Assembly: GCA_012518415.1 (NCBI GenBank)
Contig: JAAYSH010000035.1
Span: forward strand, 934-64,933
Direction of reading: 5' to 3'
DNA: 64,000 bases
Source: Erysipelotrichaceae bacterium
Lineage (GTDB): Bacteria > Bacillota_I > Bacilli_A > RFN20 > CAG-826
In this document: positions 1-9,449 of the stretch, in pieces
Position numbering within the stretch: position 1 is the first letter of the stretch
Layout of the letters: each line of letters begins with the position of its first letter
Made by a program: the position numbers and the translations under genes
Notes under the pieces: model-generated
Databases searched by the model: none
What the model was told of the DNA's origin: nothing
What the model saw: only the letters and a program-made list of their open reading frames with translations

Positions 1-145
1 AAAACTAACTTTAGCGACACATAATTCTTTATTTTGATATATACCTGCTTTCATATGATTAAATATCTTGGACTATTGTTCTTAGCTAATTACGTATATT
101 TTTGACTAGTCCTTCTTCTCTTTTAAGGGATTTGGTTGTTCGCTC

Positions 146-304
146 TTATGCTTTCGAAACGAGGCGGTATAAGTTTGTTCCTCTATGGGTTCTTCTATTC
201 TCTTCAAGCCATTTCTTATAAAAACCGCTTCTATCCGCTTTGTTATATACCGTCGTCTCTATATTCGACAACATATCCAATTCTTCTTGTGTCAGTTTGC
301 GCAT
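146..304 (-). CDS. Hypothetical small charged protein (52 aa; MRKLTQEELDMLSNIETTVYNKADRSGFYKKWLEENRRTHRGTNLYRLVSKA), antisense to the listed 69-aa plus-strand ORF
   Basis: Hand translation of the minus strand. The protein is clean and hydrophilic, whereas the plus-strand ORF 136..345 is low-complexity and Cys/Phe-rich. Only a weak RBS-like AAGAAGGG lies upstream. Confidence 0.2.
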   Translation of the reverse strand: MRKLTQEELDMLSNIETTVYNKADRSGFYKKWLEENRRTHRGTNLYRLVSKA

Positions 305-567
305 ATTTCAATAACTGCCCTTCTTTTATGTTTCTACATCAGTAAATAAACTTATCTATAATAATTTTATCTTACAGTTTTTTTTAGTTGTAGTAAAGCC
401 TTCAATTGTATGTTGTTTTAGAGTATTCGTAGGATTAATAAGGTCTATTGTGTTAGTTTTAATAATGTAATAGTTTTGTAATTTTTCAGTTAATTTCCTT
501 GCCATTACCTCAAAAGCAAATCCTTTTTGCATCTTATTATCTACATTGAGCGCTAAAGTAATAGTTA

Positions 568-1506
568 TTAATCACCTTCTTCTTCATCTTTTAAAACGTC
601 CGCACGCCATTTCTTAATCGTTGCGCCTTGGACTGCTCTTTTGGCATCAAAGTCTTCCATTTCATAAATATTATTAAATATAACTGATTCTTTTGTATCA
701 ACACATAAGGTGCCTGCCGCAAGATCGGTTAAGGAGCGGCCATCTTTGCGTACTGTTAAAATGACCACAGATATAATCGGTAGTAGTAAAAATAAACCAA
801 CAAAATTAATTAATACACTTGTAACTGCCCGATAAGGCTTGTGAGCTTTTGCCATCTTAAACCCATACATCGTTACAAACCCTAACCGCATAACGAGATG
901 ACCTAAAGTTGCCCCATGGGGAGTAAAGGACGGGATTATTAAAAAGAAAATAAATATAAAAATCGCATATGTAATTAGATGACCTTGTGCTTGAAGGTCG
1001 CCAAGTGGTTTCGCTAAGTTTATAAATGCTGTAGTTGCCTCAAGATCATTAATTGCCGCTTGATAAGCTTTCTTATAAAAATTCTTCGCATCAGCCTCTT
1101 TTCCTTGCTTAACTTTTACTTCCCATGGTGTTGATGTCATAACCGGAGTAGAAAAATCAAATAAGGTATCAGCGCTTTTGCGAAGCAATATTTCATCATA
1201 GTATTGATCGATTGAGTAGGGTTTTGTTGCTAAATCGGATTCGACATAGTAGCGATAAATCGCTTCAGGATACTCTTCCTCAGGCCGAGCATTAATAGAA
1301 TGAGTATGATTGTTAATAACAAGTAAATGACTATCAAGCTGTAACCTTGTTATATCTCTTGTTAATTGTTCAGCCCCAAAATGCTTACCTAAAATTGGTA
1401 CAGTTGCTAAAGCAAACGTACCTTCGGCAAAAGTAAACAAAATTAAAAGATTAAATAGCAGTGCTACAACACGGCGACCTAATTTAGCTGGTTTAATATA
1501 TTTCAT
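568..1506 (-). CDS. RDD-family integral membrane protein with a large extracytoplasmic loop between TM1 and TM2
   Basis: N-terminal GRRVVALLFNLLIL, central GATLGHLVMRLGFV and C-terminal GRSLTDLAAGTLCVD match the RDD (Arg-Asp-Asp) family signature. The ORF is 312 aa and tandem with a paralog. Confidence 0.6.
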   Translation of the reverse strand: MKYIKPAKLGRRVVALLFNLLILFTFAEGTFALATVPILGKHFGAEQLTRDITRLQLDSHLLVINNHTHSINARPEEEYPEAIYRYYVESDLATKPYSIDQYYDEILLRKSADTLFDFSTPVMTSTPWEVKVKQGKEADAKNFYKKAYQAAINDLEATTAFINLAKPLGDLQAQGHLITYAIFIFIFFLIIPSFTPHGATLGHLVMRLGFVTMYGFKMAKAHKPYRAVTSVLINFVGLFLLLPIISVVILTVRKDGRSLTDLAAGTLCVDTKESVIFNNIYEMEDFDAKRAVQGATIKKWRADVLKDEEEGD

Positions 1507-1512
1507 AATAAA

Positions 1513-3021
1513 TTAATTGTCTGTTTCATCTTTTTTATTATCTTCACTTGACTCGTTAGGTTCTTCACGGTGTTCTTCGCCACGAGTAAAGATCGATTCA
1601 AATTGATCGCTAGTAATTTTATTTTCTTCTTCCTCATCTTGGCTTGTAATCGCCCCTGCAAGTTCGGCTTTATCTTCTTCACTTAATGTTGCCGCTGGAC
1701 CACCAAGTAAGCGGTCTTCAAAATTAACCCACTCTTCATCGCTTTCTTCTTCAACGAAAACTTGCTCTTCAATCGGGTTATCTTTTAGTTCACTTTCATA
1801 ATCGGGATAAATTTTTGCAACCTTAAGATGAACTGGTCTTGTTCCAGCAATAAAGTCATGCAATGCACGGTTCTTTTTACCGAAGGTCGCCATTGTAAAT
1901 GAAATGAATGTGAAAATTGGAAGCATTCCGCCCCCGCCGACGAAAAAGATAAAAAATACATCTAACATAAATGTTAAAAGGAAAAAGGCAATGTATCTTG
2001 CAATAATTTGCCACCATTTAGCTTTATATCCGTATGTATTAACAATACCAAGACTTAGGAGCTTTTTACCTAATGTTGCTCCGTGTTTAAATACAAGTGG
2101 GAATAAAAGATAGACGATTAAGGAAGAACCAAATAGTGAGAGTATAATAGCAACTGACCCTTTTTGATTAATTATTTGTGCATCTGCCTGAGCGTTTAAA
2201 TCATTTCTTGCACTCGTATATAAATTTGCAAAAAATTGATCTGCTTCGGCTGATTTCCCTTCTTTAATCGCTACCCCGGGGGGAAGGTGATGTGCTTCAG
2301 GCACGGCAGCATTTACTTGAACTGCCTGTTTTTTCGAGTTAGGCTCAAGAATTCCAGTACTTTCGAAAATTGATGCGTCTAATTTATCAGTTTTTGGTTG
2401 ATCAACACGTAAAATGCGTTCTTTAAACCACGTAACCGGATCATCTCTAAAGTTATGAACAGTAATATATTGGCTATCAATTACATCAAGACCGAGATTA
2501 TTAAGTTGCTCTTCGATCTCAGCGTTTGCTTCTTTTCTAAATGTAATGAGCTGTTCATTAATCTCTTCGCCTTCTTTAAAATATAACTGGCGAATATATT
2601 CATAACTTTCATTTATTCGATCATATTTATATTTCGTATAAAACTCTAATACGGCTGCACTTTGAAGATATTTATCTTTAACAGCTGAAGTATAACCTAC
2701 AACACCTTGTGGTAGTCTTGGACCATATATAAGTGATAATTCAGTTAAATCTTCACCATATTCGCCAACATAAGTAATTGTATAAAGGCGCGAGTTGTGC
2801 CGGTCCATATTTGATGCGCGCTCATGTAAGTCGATTTGACTAGTCGCATTTAAGATTGGTCGAGCGACTCCGTAAAAACCAATAAAAAATAAAACTATCA
2901 TTATAATGAAGTCGATAAGTGCAGCCCCAAATCTTCGACCAGGTTTTGGTAAAGGAGCAAACCTCGCCTCAGTTGGAACTTGTCTTTGTCTAACCGTTGA
3001 ATCCGTCTTTGTTGTTGTCAT
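1513..3021 (-). CDS. RDD-family integral membrane protein paralog, with a ~250-aa extracytoplasmic domain and an acidic C-terminal tail
   Basis: PGRRFGAALIDFIIM (N-terminus), GATLGKKLLSLGIV and KNRALHDFIAGTRPV (C-terminus) are RDD motifs. The tail is acidic (EEESDEE...SSEDNKKDETDN). AAGGAAG RBS upstream. Confidence 0.6.
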   Translation of the reverse strand: MTTTKTDSTVRQRQVPTEARFAPLPKPGRRFGAALIDFIIMIVLFFIGFYGVARPILNATSQIDLHERASNMDRHNSRLYTITYVGEYGEDLTELSLIYGPRLPQGVVGYTSAVKDKYLQSAAVLEFYTKYKYDRINESYEYIRQLYFKEGEEINEQLITFRKEANAEIEEQLNNLGLDVIDSQYITVHNFRDDPVTWFKERILRVDQPKTDKLDASIFESTGILEPNSKKQAVQVNAAVPEAHHLPPGVAIKEGKSAEADQFFANLYTSARNDLNAQADAQIINQKGSVAIILSLFGSSLIVYLLFPLVFKHGATLGKKLLSLGIVNTYGYKAKWWQIIARYIAFFLLTFMLDVFFIFFVGGGGMLPIFTFISFTMATFGKKNRALHDFIAGTRPVHLKVAKIYPDYESELKDNPIEEQVFVEEESDEEWVNFEDRLLGGPAATLSEEDKAELAGAITSQDEEEENKITSDQFESIFTRGEEHREEPNESSEDNKKDETDN

Positions 3022-3120
3022 AATTATTACTTCCTTATATATAAACTCTTATTAATTATACTTTTTATTCTCTTTAATTTCCATTATAAAAAATTAGGAG
3101 TTTTTTATGTTAGAAAATAT

Positions 3121-3144
3121 AAAAAAACCCCTGCAATGCAGGGG
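3121..3144 (-). terminator. Rho-independent terminator downstream of tuf
   Basis: Hairpin CCCCTGCA-(A)-TGCAGGGG at 3128-3144. On the minus-strand transcript it is followed by a U-run (A7 at 3121-3127 on the plus strand). Confidence 0.6.
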
Positions 3145-3170
3145 TAATTTTTAAGATTGATCCGAACTAA

Positions 3171-4355
3171 TTACTTAATAATTTCAGTAATTGTTCCAGC
3201 ACCAACAGTTCTTCCACCTTCACGGATTGAGAATTTGGTTCCAACTTCAATCGCGACTGGATGGATAAGTTCGATTGTTAATTCAACGTTATCACCAGGC
3301 ATAACCATGTCAACACCAGCAGGTAATGTAATTGTACCTGTAATGTCAGTTGTTCTGAAGAAGAATTGTGGGCGATAGTTGCTTAAGAAAGCTGTGTGAC
3401 GTCCGCCTTCTTCTTTCTTTAAAACGTAAACTTGAGCAGTAAACTTTGAGTGTGGTTTAACTGTGCCAGGTTTGGCTAAAACTTGTCCACGTTCGACTTG
3501 GTCTCTTGTAATACCGCGTAAGAGTGCACCAATGTTATCTCCACTTTCGGCATAGTCAAGAAGTTTACGGAACATTTCAAGTCCAGTAACTGTTGATTTT
3601 TGTGTTGGACGAATACCAACGATTTCAACCTGGTCACCAACTTTAATTGAACCGCGTTCAACACGACCAGTAACAACTGTTCCACGTCCTGAAATTGTCA
3701 TGACGTCTTCAATTGGTAATAAGAATGGTTTGTCTGTATCACGTTCTGGCTCTGGTACGTAAGAATCAACTGCTTCCATTAATTTTAAAATTGATTCGGC
3801 TGCATCTTCATCGCCTTCAAGGGCGGAACGAGCAGAACCTGAGACGATTGGAGTGTCATCTCCTGGGAAGCCATATTCATTTAATAAGTCACGGACTTCC
3901 ATTTCGACTAATTCGATAAGTTCTGGGTCATCGACTAAGTCGGTCTTGTTTAAATAAACAACAATGTAAGGAACGCCAACTTGTTTTGAAAGTAAGACGT
4001 GCTCACGTGTTTGCGGCATAACACCATCAGTAGCAGCGACAACTAAAATCGCTCCGTCCATTTGGGCGGCACCAGTAATCATGTTTTTAACGTAGTCCGC
4101 GTGTCCAGGACAGTCAACGTGTGCGTAGTGACGATTCTCCGTTTCGTATTCGATGTGTGAGGTACTAATTGTAATACCGCGTTCTTTTTCTTCAGGCGCT
4201 TTGTCAATTGATTCATACGCCGTGAATGTCGCACCACCTTGAGATGATAATACTTTGGTGATTGCGGCAGTTAAGGTTGTTTTACCATGGTCAACGTGAC
4301 CGATAGTTCCAACGTTAACGTGTGGTTTGCTTCTATCAAACTTTTGCTTTGCCAT
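3171..4355 (-). CDS. tuf: Elongation factor Tu
   Basis: [11 protein letters not shown]-loop, DCPGHADY and NKTD motifs; 394 aa; ends the str operon. Confidence 0.97.
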   Translation of the reverse strand: MAKQKFDRSKPHVNVGTIGHVDHGKTTLTAAITKVLSSQGGATFTAYESIDKAPEEKERGITISTSHIEYETENRHYAHVDCPGHADYVKNMITGAAQMDGAILVVAATDGVMPQTREHVLLSKQVGVPYIVVYLNKTDLVDDPELIELVEMEVRDLLNEYGFPGDDTPIVSGSARSALEGDEDAAESILKLMEAVDSYVPEPERDTDKPFLLPIEDVMTISGRGTVVTGRVERGSIKVGDQVEIVGIRPTQKSTVTGLEMFRKLLDYAESGDNIGALLRGITRDQVERGQVLAKPGTVKPHSKFTAQVYVLKKEEGGRHTAFLSNYRPQFFFRTTDITGTITLPAGVDMVMPGDNVELTIELIHPVAIEVGTKFSIREGGRTVGAGTITEIIK

Positions 4356-4455
4356 GTGATTTCCTCCTTCTGAAATCGCATTAAATTTCCGATTTCATAA
4401 TAGCAAAATTTACAATAAATGCAACAATAACAGATAGTATTGTGCATTTGTGCAT

Positions 4456-6540
4456 CTATCTAGACGCACCTCCCCCAACTTTAGACAAAATTGCCTCTTG
4501 AACGGCTGCTGGGGTTTCACCGTAGTGATCAAATTGCATTGCATATGTGCCTCGGCCTTGTGTTAGCGATCTTAAGTCGGTAACGTATCCAAATAATTCG
4601 GATAAGGGGATTTCTGCATGAATAATTTTTGCATTAGCCCGTTGGTCTTCACCGACAATTGAACCGCGTCGACGAGCAATATCGCCGATAACTTCACCGT
4701 AGTAGTTTTCCGGAACCGTAATTTCAACTTTCATTATCGGTTCTAAAATTACTGGGTCACATTTACTGGCCGCTTCTTTGAGGGCCATAGATGCTGCAAT
4801 TTTGAAGGCTGATTCACTTGAGTCAACTTCGTGATAGCTTCCATCGAATAAAGTCGCCTTTATATCGATAATTGGAAAGCCCGCCACGAGTCCGCGATCA
4901 AGGACATCTTGGATACCTTCATTTGTTGGCTTAATGTATTCTCTTGGAACAACGCCACCAACAATTTTATCGACAAATTCATATCCTTCACCTGGATTAG
5001 GCGCAAAATTAATTTTTACGTGGCCATATTGACCTCTTCCTCCAGATTGACGGATGTATTTGCCTTCACAATCCGCTGCGGCGCGAATTGTTTCACGATA
5101 ATTAACTTGCGGTTTTCCAACCGCGACATTAACGCCGAATTCCCGGCGAAGCCGGTCAACGAGAATGTCTAAGTGTAATTCACCGACACCAGCAATAATT
5201 GTTTGTCCGGTTTCTTTGTCGGTTCTTGTTTGGAATGTTGGGTCTTCTTCTGCTAGTTTACTTAAACCGTTTGCCATTTTATCTTGGTCGGCTTTGGTTT
5301 TTGGTTCAACTGCTTGTTCAATAACTGGGTCAGGGAATTCCATCGTTTCTAAGACGATTGGTTGTCCTGGTGATGAAATTGAATCTCCAGTTGTTGTTTC
5401 TTTAAACCCAACAACTGCACCAATATCACCTGCATATAGTTGATCAACTTCCTCACGGTGATTGGAGTGCATTAAGACGAGCCTTGAAATTCGCTCGCGC
5501 TTATTTTTCGTTGTATTTAAAACATATGAGCCTGTTTTTAAAACACCTGAGTAAATTCTTACGTATGCAAGTCGACCGATATATGGGTCGGTTGCAATTT
5601 TAAAGGCAAGAGCCGCGAGTGGTTCTTCATCGTCAGCTTTTGCTTCATACGGATTGCCTTTTCCATCAACACCCGTTGCTGGTTTAACATCAACCGGGCT
5701 TGGTAAGTAATCCAAAACTCCATCTAAGAGTGGTTGGATACCTTTATTTTTATAGGCTGATCCACAAAATACTGGATAAAACTCATTAGTTAAGACTGCT
5801 TTTCTAATCGTTTGTTTAATTAGATCAACAGGAATTTCTTCCTCTTCTAAGACAAGCATCATTAAGTCATCATCGAAATTAGCGAGATTTTCCAAAAGTA
5901 TTTGTCGATATTCTTCGGCTTTCGCTTGGTATTCGGCAGGAATTTCTCTAATTTCTGGTTTTGCGGTTATATCATTACTGTAAATAATCGCTTCCATTTT
6001 AATTAAATCAATCATCCCCTCGAATGTTTGACTCTCACCAATGGGATATTGAACTGCGGCGGCATTTGCGCCTAAACGTTCACTAATGGAGGTAACTGAC
6101 ATTTCAAAGTTTGCCCCAGTAGCATCCATTTTATTAGCGAAAATAATTCTAGGGACGTGATACTTATCTGCTTGACGCCAAACAGTTTCTGTTTGTGGCT
6201 CTACCCCACTTTTTGCATCAAGTATTGTTACCGCTCCATCTAATACTCTTAGAGACCGCTCAACTTCTACTGTAAAGTCGACGTGCCCCGGTGTATCGAT
6301 AATATTAATCCGGTAACCTTCCCATGTAGCGGTTGTTGCTGCTGATGTGATTGTAATGCCGCGTTCTTGTTCTTGCTCCATCCAATCCATCGTTGCTGCC
6401 CCTTCATGGGTTTCACCAACTTTGTGAATTTTACCAGTGTAATATAAAATACGTTCAGTAACAGTCGTTTTTCCGGCATCAATATGTGCCATAATTCCGA
6501 TATTACGAGTATGTTCTAAATCAAATGCTCGTTTTCCCAT
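4456..6540 (-). CDS. fusA: Elongation factor G
   Basis: [17 protein letters not shown] and NKMD motifs; 694 aa; lies between rpsG and tuf. Confidence 0.97.
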   Translation of the reverse strand: MGKRAFDLEHTRNIGIMAHIDAGKTTVTERILYYTGKIHKVGETHEGAATMDWMEQEQERGITITSAATTATWEGYRINIIDTPGHVDFTVEVERSLRVLDGAVTILDAKSGVEPQTETVWRQADKYHVPRIIFANKMDATGANFEMSVTSISERLGANAAAVQYPIGESQTFEGMIDLIKMEAIIYSNDITAKPEIREIPAEYQAKAEEYRQILLENLANFDDDLMMLVLEEEEIPVDLIKQTIRKAVLTNEFYPVFCGSAYKNKGIQPLLDGVLDYLPSPVDVKPATGVDGKGNPYEAKADDEEPLAALAFKIATDPYIGRLAYVRIYSGVLKTGSYVLNTTKNKRERISRLVLMHSNHREEVDQLYAGDIGAVVGFKETTTGDSISSPGQPIVLETMEFPDPVIEQAVEPKTKADQDKMANGLSKLAEEDPTFQTRTDKETGQTIIAGVGELHLDILVDRLRREFGVNVAVGKPQVNYRETIRAAADCEGKYIRQSGGRGQYGHVKINFAPNPGEGYEFVDKIVGGVVPREYIKPTNEGIQDVLDRGLVAGFPIIDIKATLFDGSYHEVDSSESAFKIAASMALKEAASKCDPVILEPIMKVEITVPENYYGEVIGDIARRRGSIVGEDQRANAKIIHAEIPLSELFGYVTDLRSLTQGRGTYAMQFDHYGETPAAVQEAILSKVGGGASR

Positions 6541-6583
6541 AACGTATTTTCCTCCTTTTAGTATTGTTCACAAAATTTAGTTA

Positions 6584-7054
6584 TTAATAGCGATAGTGAG
6601 CATAAGCTTTGTTAGCTTCTGCCATTCTATGCGTATCTTCTCTTCGTTTAACAGAAGCGCCTGTTCCTTGAGCGGCATCGATAATTTCGCCTGCTAACCG
6701 GGCTTCCATTGTTTTTTCGTTACGTAAACGTGAATAATTTACTAACCATCTTAAGCCTAAAGTTACTTTTCTTTCCGCAGTAACTTCGGTAGGGACTTGA
6801 TAGTTTTGTCCACCGACACGGCGAACTTTTAATTCGACTTCAGGCATGATGTTATTTAAGGCAGTTGCGAAGACATCCATCGCAGGTTGGCCACTTTGTT
6901 TTTCAATTCGGGCGAATGCACCATAAAGAATTGACTGGGCTGTACCTTTTTTGCCATCATACATAATTTTATTAATTAACCGCGTCACTAGTTTTGAATC
7001 ATAAATTGGATCTGGTAAGACGTCGCGTTTTACAACATGTCCTTTACGTGGCAT
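6584..7054 (-). CDS. rpsG: 30S ribosomal protein S7
   Basis: 156 aa with the MPRKG... N-terminus conserved in S7; in str operon position. Confidence 0.95.
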   Translation of the reverse strand: MPRKGHVVKRDVLPDPIYDSKLVTRLINKIMYDGKKGTAQSILYGAFARIEKQSGQPAMDVFATALNNIMPEVELKVRRVGGQNYQVPTEVTAERKVTLGLRWLVNYSRLRNEKTMEARLAGEIIDAAQGTGASVKRREDTHRMAEANKAYAHYRY

Positions 7055-7109
7055 AGTTTTTTCCTCCTGTGTAAATTTTTAAAAATAAACGTGCTCGTAA
7101 TTATTCTTC

Positions 7110-7520
7110 TTATTCAGGTCGTTTTGTACCATAGAGTGAGCGTCCTTGACGACGTTTTTCAATTCCTGCTGTGTCAAGTGTACCTCTAACGACGTGATAA
7201 CGAACCCCTGGTAAGTCTTTAACACGGCCTCCGCGTACTAAGACGGTTGAGTGCTCTTGTAAGTTATGACCTTCACCACCAATATAAGCGTTAACCTCAT
7301 AGTTATTGCTTAAGCGAACCCGGGCATATTTACGTAATGCTGAGTTTGGTTTTTTCGGTGTAAGAGTTCCAACACGAGTACAAACACCACGTTTTTGCGG
7401 CGCGTTTTGGTTTGTTTCTTTTCTTTTAATCGAATTCCAGCGTTTGCCTAAAGCTGGTGATTTTGATTTAGTCACTTGTTTCTTGCGACCTTTACGTACT
7501 AGTTGTTCAATTGTTGGCAT
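7110..7520 (-). CDS. rpsL: 30S ribosomal protein S12
   Basis: [12 protein letters not shown]...[10 protein letters not shown]...[15 protein letters not shown] is a near-canonical S12 sequence. Confidence 0.96.
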   Translation of the reverse strand: MPTIEQLVRKGRKKQVTKSKSPALGKRWNSIKRKETNQNAPQKRGVCTRVGTLTPKKPNSALRKYARVRLSNNYEVNAYIGGEGHNLQEHSTVLVRGGRVKDLPGVRYHVVRGTLDTAGIEKRRQGRSLYGTKRPE

Positions 7521-7686
7521 GGCTTGTCTCCTTTCACATGGTAATTACAGTGTTTTATCTAAGCACACAAGTTCGGGCGTGTCATACCCTCCAAAACAAA
7601 GGAGTGACACTGTCACTAGCTTGTGTGATTTCGCACACGTATGGGATTATAAACTTTATATGTCTGCTTGTCAAGTAAATGCTTGC

Positions 7687-7923
7687 TAACTAGGTAATAA
7701 TGTCACTTTTCAAGGTTAATGCAACGGAATAGTGAAAAAGCTCAAAAATCAAATAAACAGCCAAGGTTAATTACACAACACAGTTAAAAAAGGCTGTTTT
7801 TTGTTTGAAATCGCATTAAAACAACTTTAAAAAGCACAAGAAAATAAACTTGATATCTTTTCAATCAAGGTTATTGAAACGCTCCGTTGCATTAACTTTG
7901 AAAAGTGACGTAACTAGGTAATA
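7687..7923. repeat. ~240-bp element bounded by 27-bp inverted repeats (1 mismatch) and 13-bp direct repeats, with an internal hairpin; lies upstream of rpsL
   Basis: GTCACTTTTCAAGGTTAATGCAACGGA at 7702-7728 is the reverse complement of 7883-7909 with one G/A mismatch. TAACTAGGTAATA occurs directly at 7687-7699 and 7911-7923. An internal AACAGCC...GGCTGTT hairpin followed by a T6 run lies at ~7758-7808. Confidence 0.55.
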
Positions 7924-7943
7924 TTTTTTTTGATTAAAACCGT

Positions 7944-9446
7944 TCAATACGTATTCGCTAAAAACTCAATCGTCATAGCATTTTTCGATTGTTTAATTAT
8001 TTTAAATGTAAACGGAAGTTTAGTATCATCTTTAAAAGTAAAGTTTGGGTAAATTTCACTGCCAAAATGATCGCTGTTTTTAAACAAGGTCGAGTTATTC
8101 GCAAAAGCGCCATCTTGACGGCGACTTCCACCTCTTTCTAACAAGTGATATAAAATTTCATTATCATCATATAATGGTGAGTTGTTATACATGAATGCAT
8201 TTTTTCCTGCGACAAGTGGACGTAAGTTTGCTTTTACGTGCATAACTTTAAGTCCATATTCACTAAACAAGTTTACTTTTTGTGAAGCATTCGCATCATA
8301 GTAATTTAAGTTTGTTGGCGTATAAAACTCAAGAAGCAAATATTCGCTAAATACATCAAAATCATTTTTTAATTGCGGAGTAATTAAAATGAAATCTCCA
8401 CTTGTAACAAATGGACGTAAAGTAATCTTTCCAGGACTAGTTACAATGTATGGTTTACTCCACCCTAAAAGCATCTTTGAAAAGGAACTATGATCGCCGA
8501 GAGAATAATCCATCATGTCCGCGCCTCCAAGTGGGCGGTAAGTGCCTGAGCCAGTATTATAGTAGTCTTCTAACCCAAGTAAATGACCTACTTCATGAAT
8601 TAATGTATGAGCATCGGGCATTTTATTATTTAGTGAATATTCGGGGTATAAAAAATCATAACTTGCCCATGCGTATGTTTTACCAACGGGTGAAGTTAAA
8701 TTAGGTGATTGTTTATCATAAGTTGTATACGCCCAAAATAAGGAATTGCGATTACTTCCTTCGCTTTCACTCGTTTTGCCACTGTTACCAATTGGGTGCG
8801 AATATATGACAAATGCTGCATCAACATAACCGTCTTCGTCTTGATCATACATTTGTTTAAATTCAAGTGGATCAACTGTTTGCTTATACGCTTCAATTGC
8901 TAGTTGCATTACTTTAGAGGAAATGCTTGTTTTTTCACTCTCACGGCAAACACCGCTTGAACAATTATTAATCCGGCTCATTAAGTTTTCGTCCTCAACC
9001 ATATACCAAGGTGCGACTTTACCGCCTAACTTTAATTTGCCGTAGCTTGATTTGTAATAAAAACTTGCGACTGACTCCCATTGGTTCACTTTTGGGTCAC
9101 CAAAAAAAGCATTTTCAATAATTTGATGTGCGTCTTCGCCATTATTATTATCGAGTTCGCTTTTAGGGTAACTTGGGAATTCAACAGGCAAAACGAGGAT
9201 GTTTTGTTTGCCTGATGCATCTAAATACTTTTGTTGCTCTTTTTCATTATTTGCTTTTTCAAATATTGTTTGAAAGTCTTGGACATATTCTTTTGGTTCA
9301 TAAAAATTTGGGCCGCTGAGGCGAGTAGGTTTATTGACATTATCACTAAATGCGTAGGGTTTACTGTCAACACCAAAACAAGCACAGCCACTTAATAAAA
9401 GTAAACTGACTAGAGTAAGGAGTGTTTTCCTTTTTGCTATAGTCAT
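7944..9446 (-). CDS. Lipoprotein, M6 (immune inhibitor A/InhA-like) zinc metallopeptidase family
   Basis: Signal peptide plus lipobox LLLSGC. HEVGHLLGLEDYY matches the M6-type HExxHxxGxxD zinc motif. N-terminal LVLPVEF...ESVASFYYKSSYG block resembles InhA-like proteins. Confidence 0.6.
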   Translation of the reverse strand: MTIAKRKTLLTLVSLLLLSGCACFGVDSKPYAFSDNVNKPTRLSGPNFYEPKEYVQDFQTIFEKANNEKEQQKYLDASGKQNILVLPVEFPSYPKSELDNNNGEDAHQIIENAFFGDPKVNQWESVASFYYKSSYGKLKLGGKVAPWYMVEDENLMSRINNCSSGVCRESEKTSISSKVMQLAIEAYKQTVDPLEFKQMYDQDEDGYVDAAFVIYSHPIGNSGKTSESEGSNRNSLFWAYTTYDKQSPNLTSPVGKTYAWASYDFLYPEYSLNNKMPDAHTLIHEVGHLLGLEDYYNTGSGTYRPLGGADMMDYSLGDHSSFSKMLLGWSKPYIVTSPGKITLRPFVTSGDFILITPQLKNDFDVFSEYLLLEFYTPTNLNYYDANASQKVNLFSEYGLKVMHVKANLRPLVAGKNAFMYNNSPLYDDNEILYHLLERGGSRRQDGAFANNSTLFKNSDHFGSEIYPNFTFKDDTKLPFTFKIIKQSKNAMTIEFLANTY

Positions 9447-9449
9447 AAA

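Noticed and set aside
136-345. 69-aa plus-strand ORF
   Set aside because: Low-complexity, Cys/Phe/Tyr-rich, with no RBS. The opposite strand encodes a more protein-like peptide.
1904-2113. Plus-strand ORFs embedded antisense in minus-strand genes (e.g. 1904-2113, 3157-3378, 3713-3919, 4909-5443, 13343-13612, 13988-14272, 17087-17911, 18125-18431, 22220-22870, 33903-34317, 35129-35434, 37906-38509, 40386-40652, 41363-41680, 41948-42214, 50577-51125, 52198-52566, 61044-61247)
   Set aside because: All lie opposite well-supported conserved genes, lack RBSs and have skewed composition; these are antisense artefacts.
7306-7689. 127-aa plus-strand ORF overlapping rpsL and its upstream region
   Set aside because: Antisense to S12 and extends into the promoter region; Cys-rich junk.
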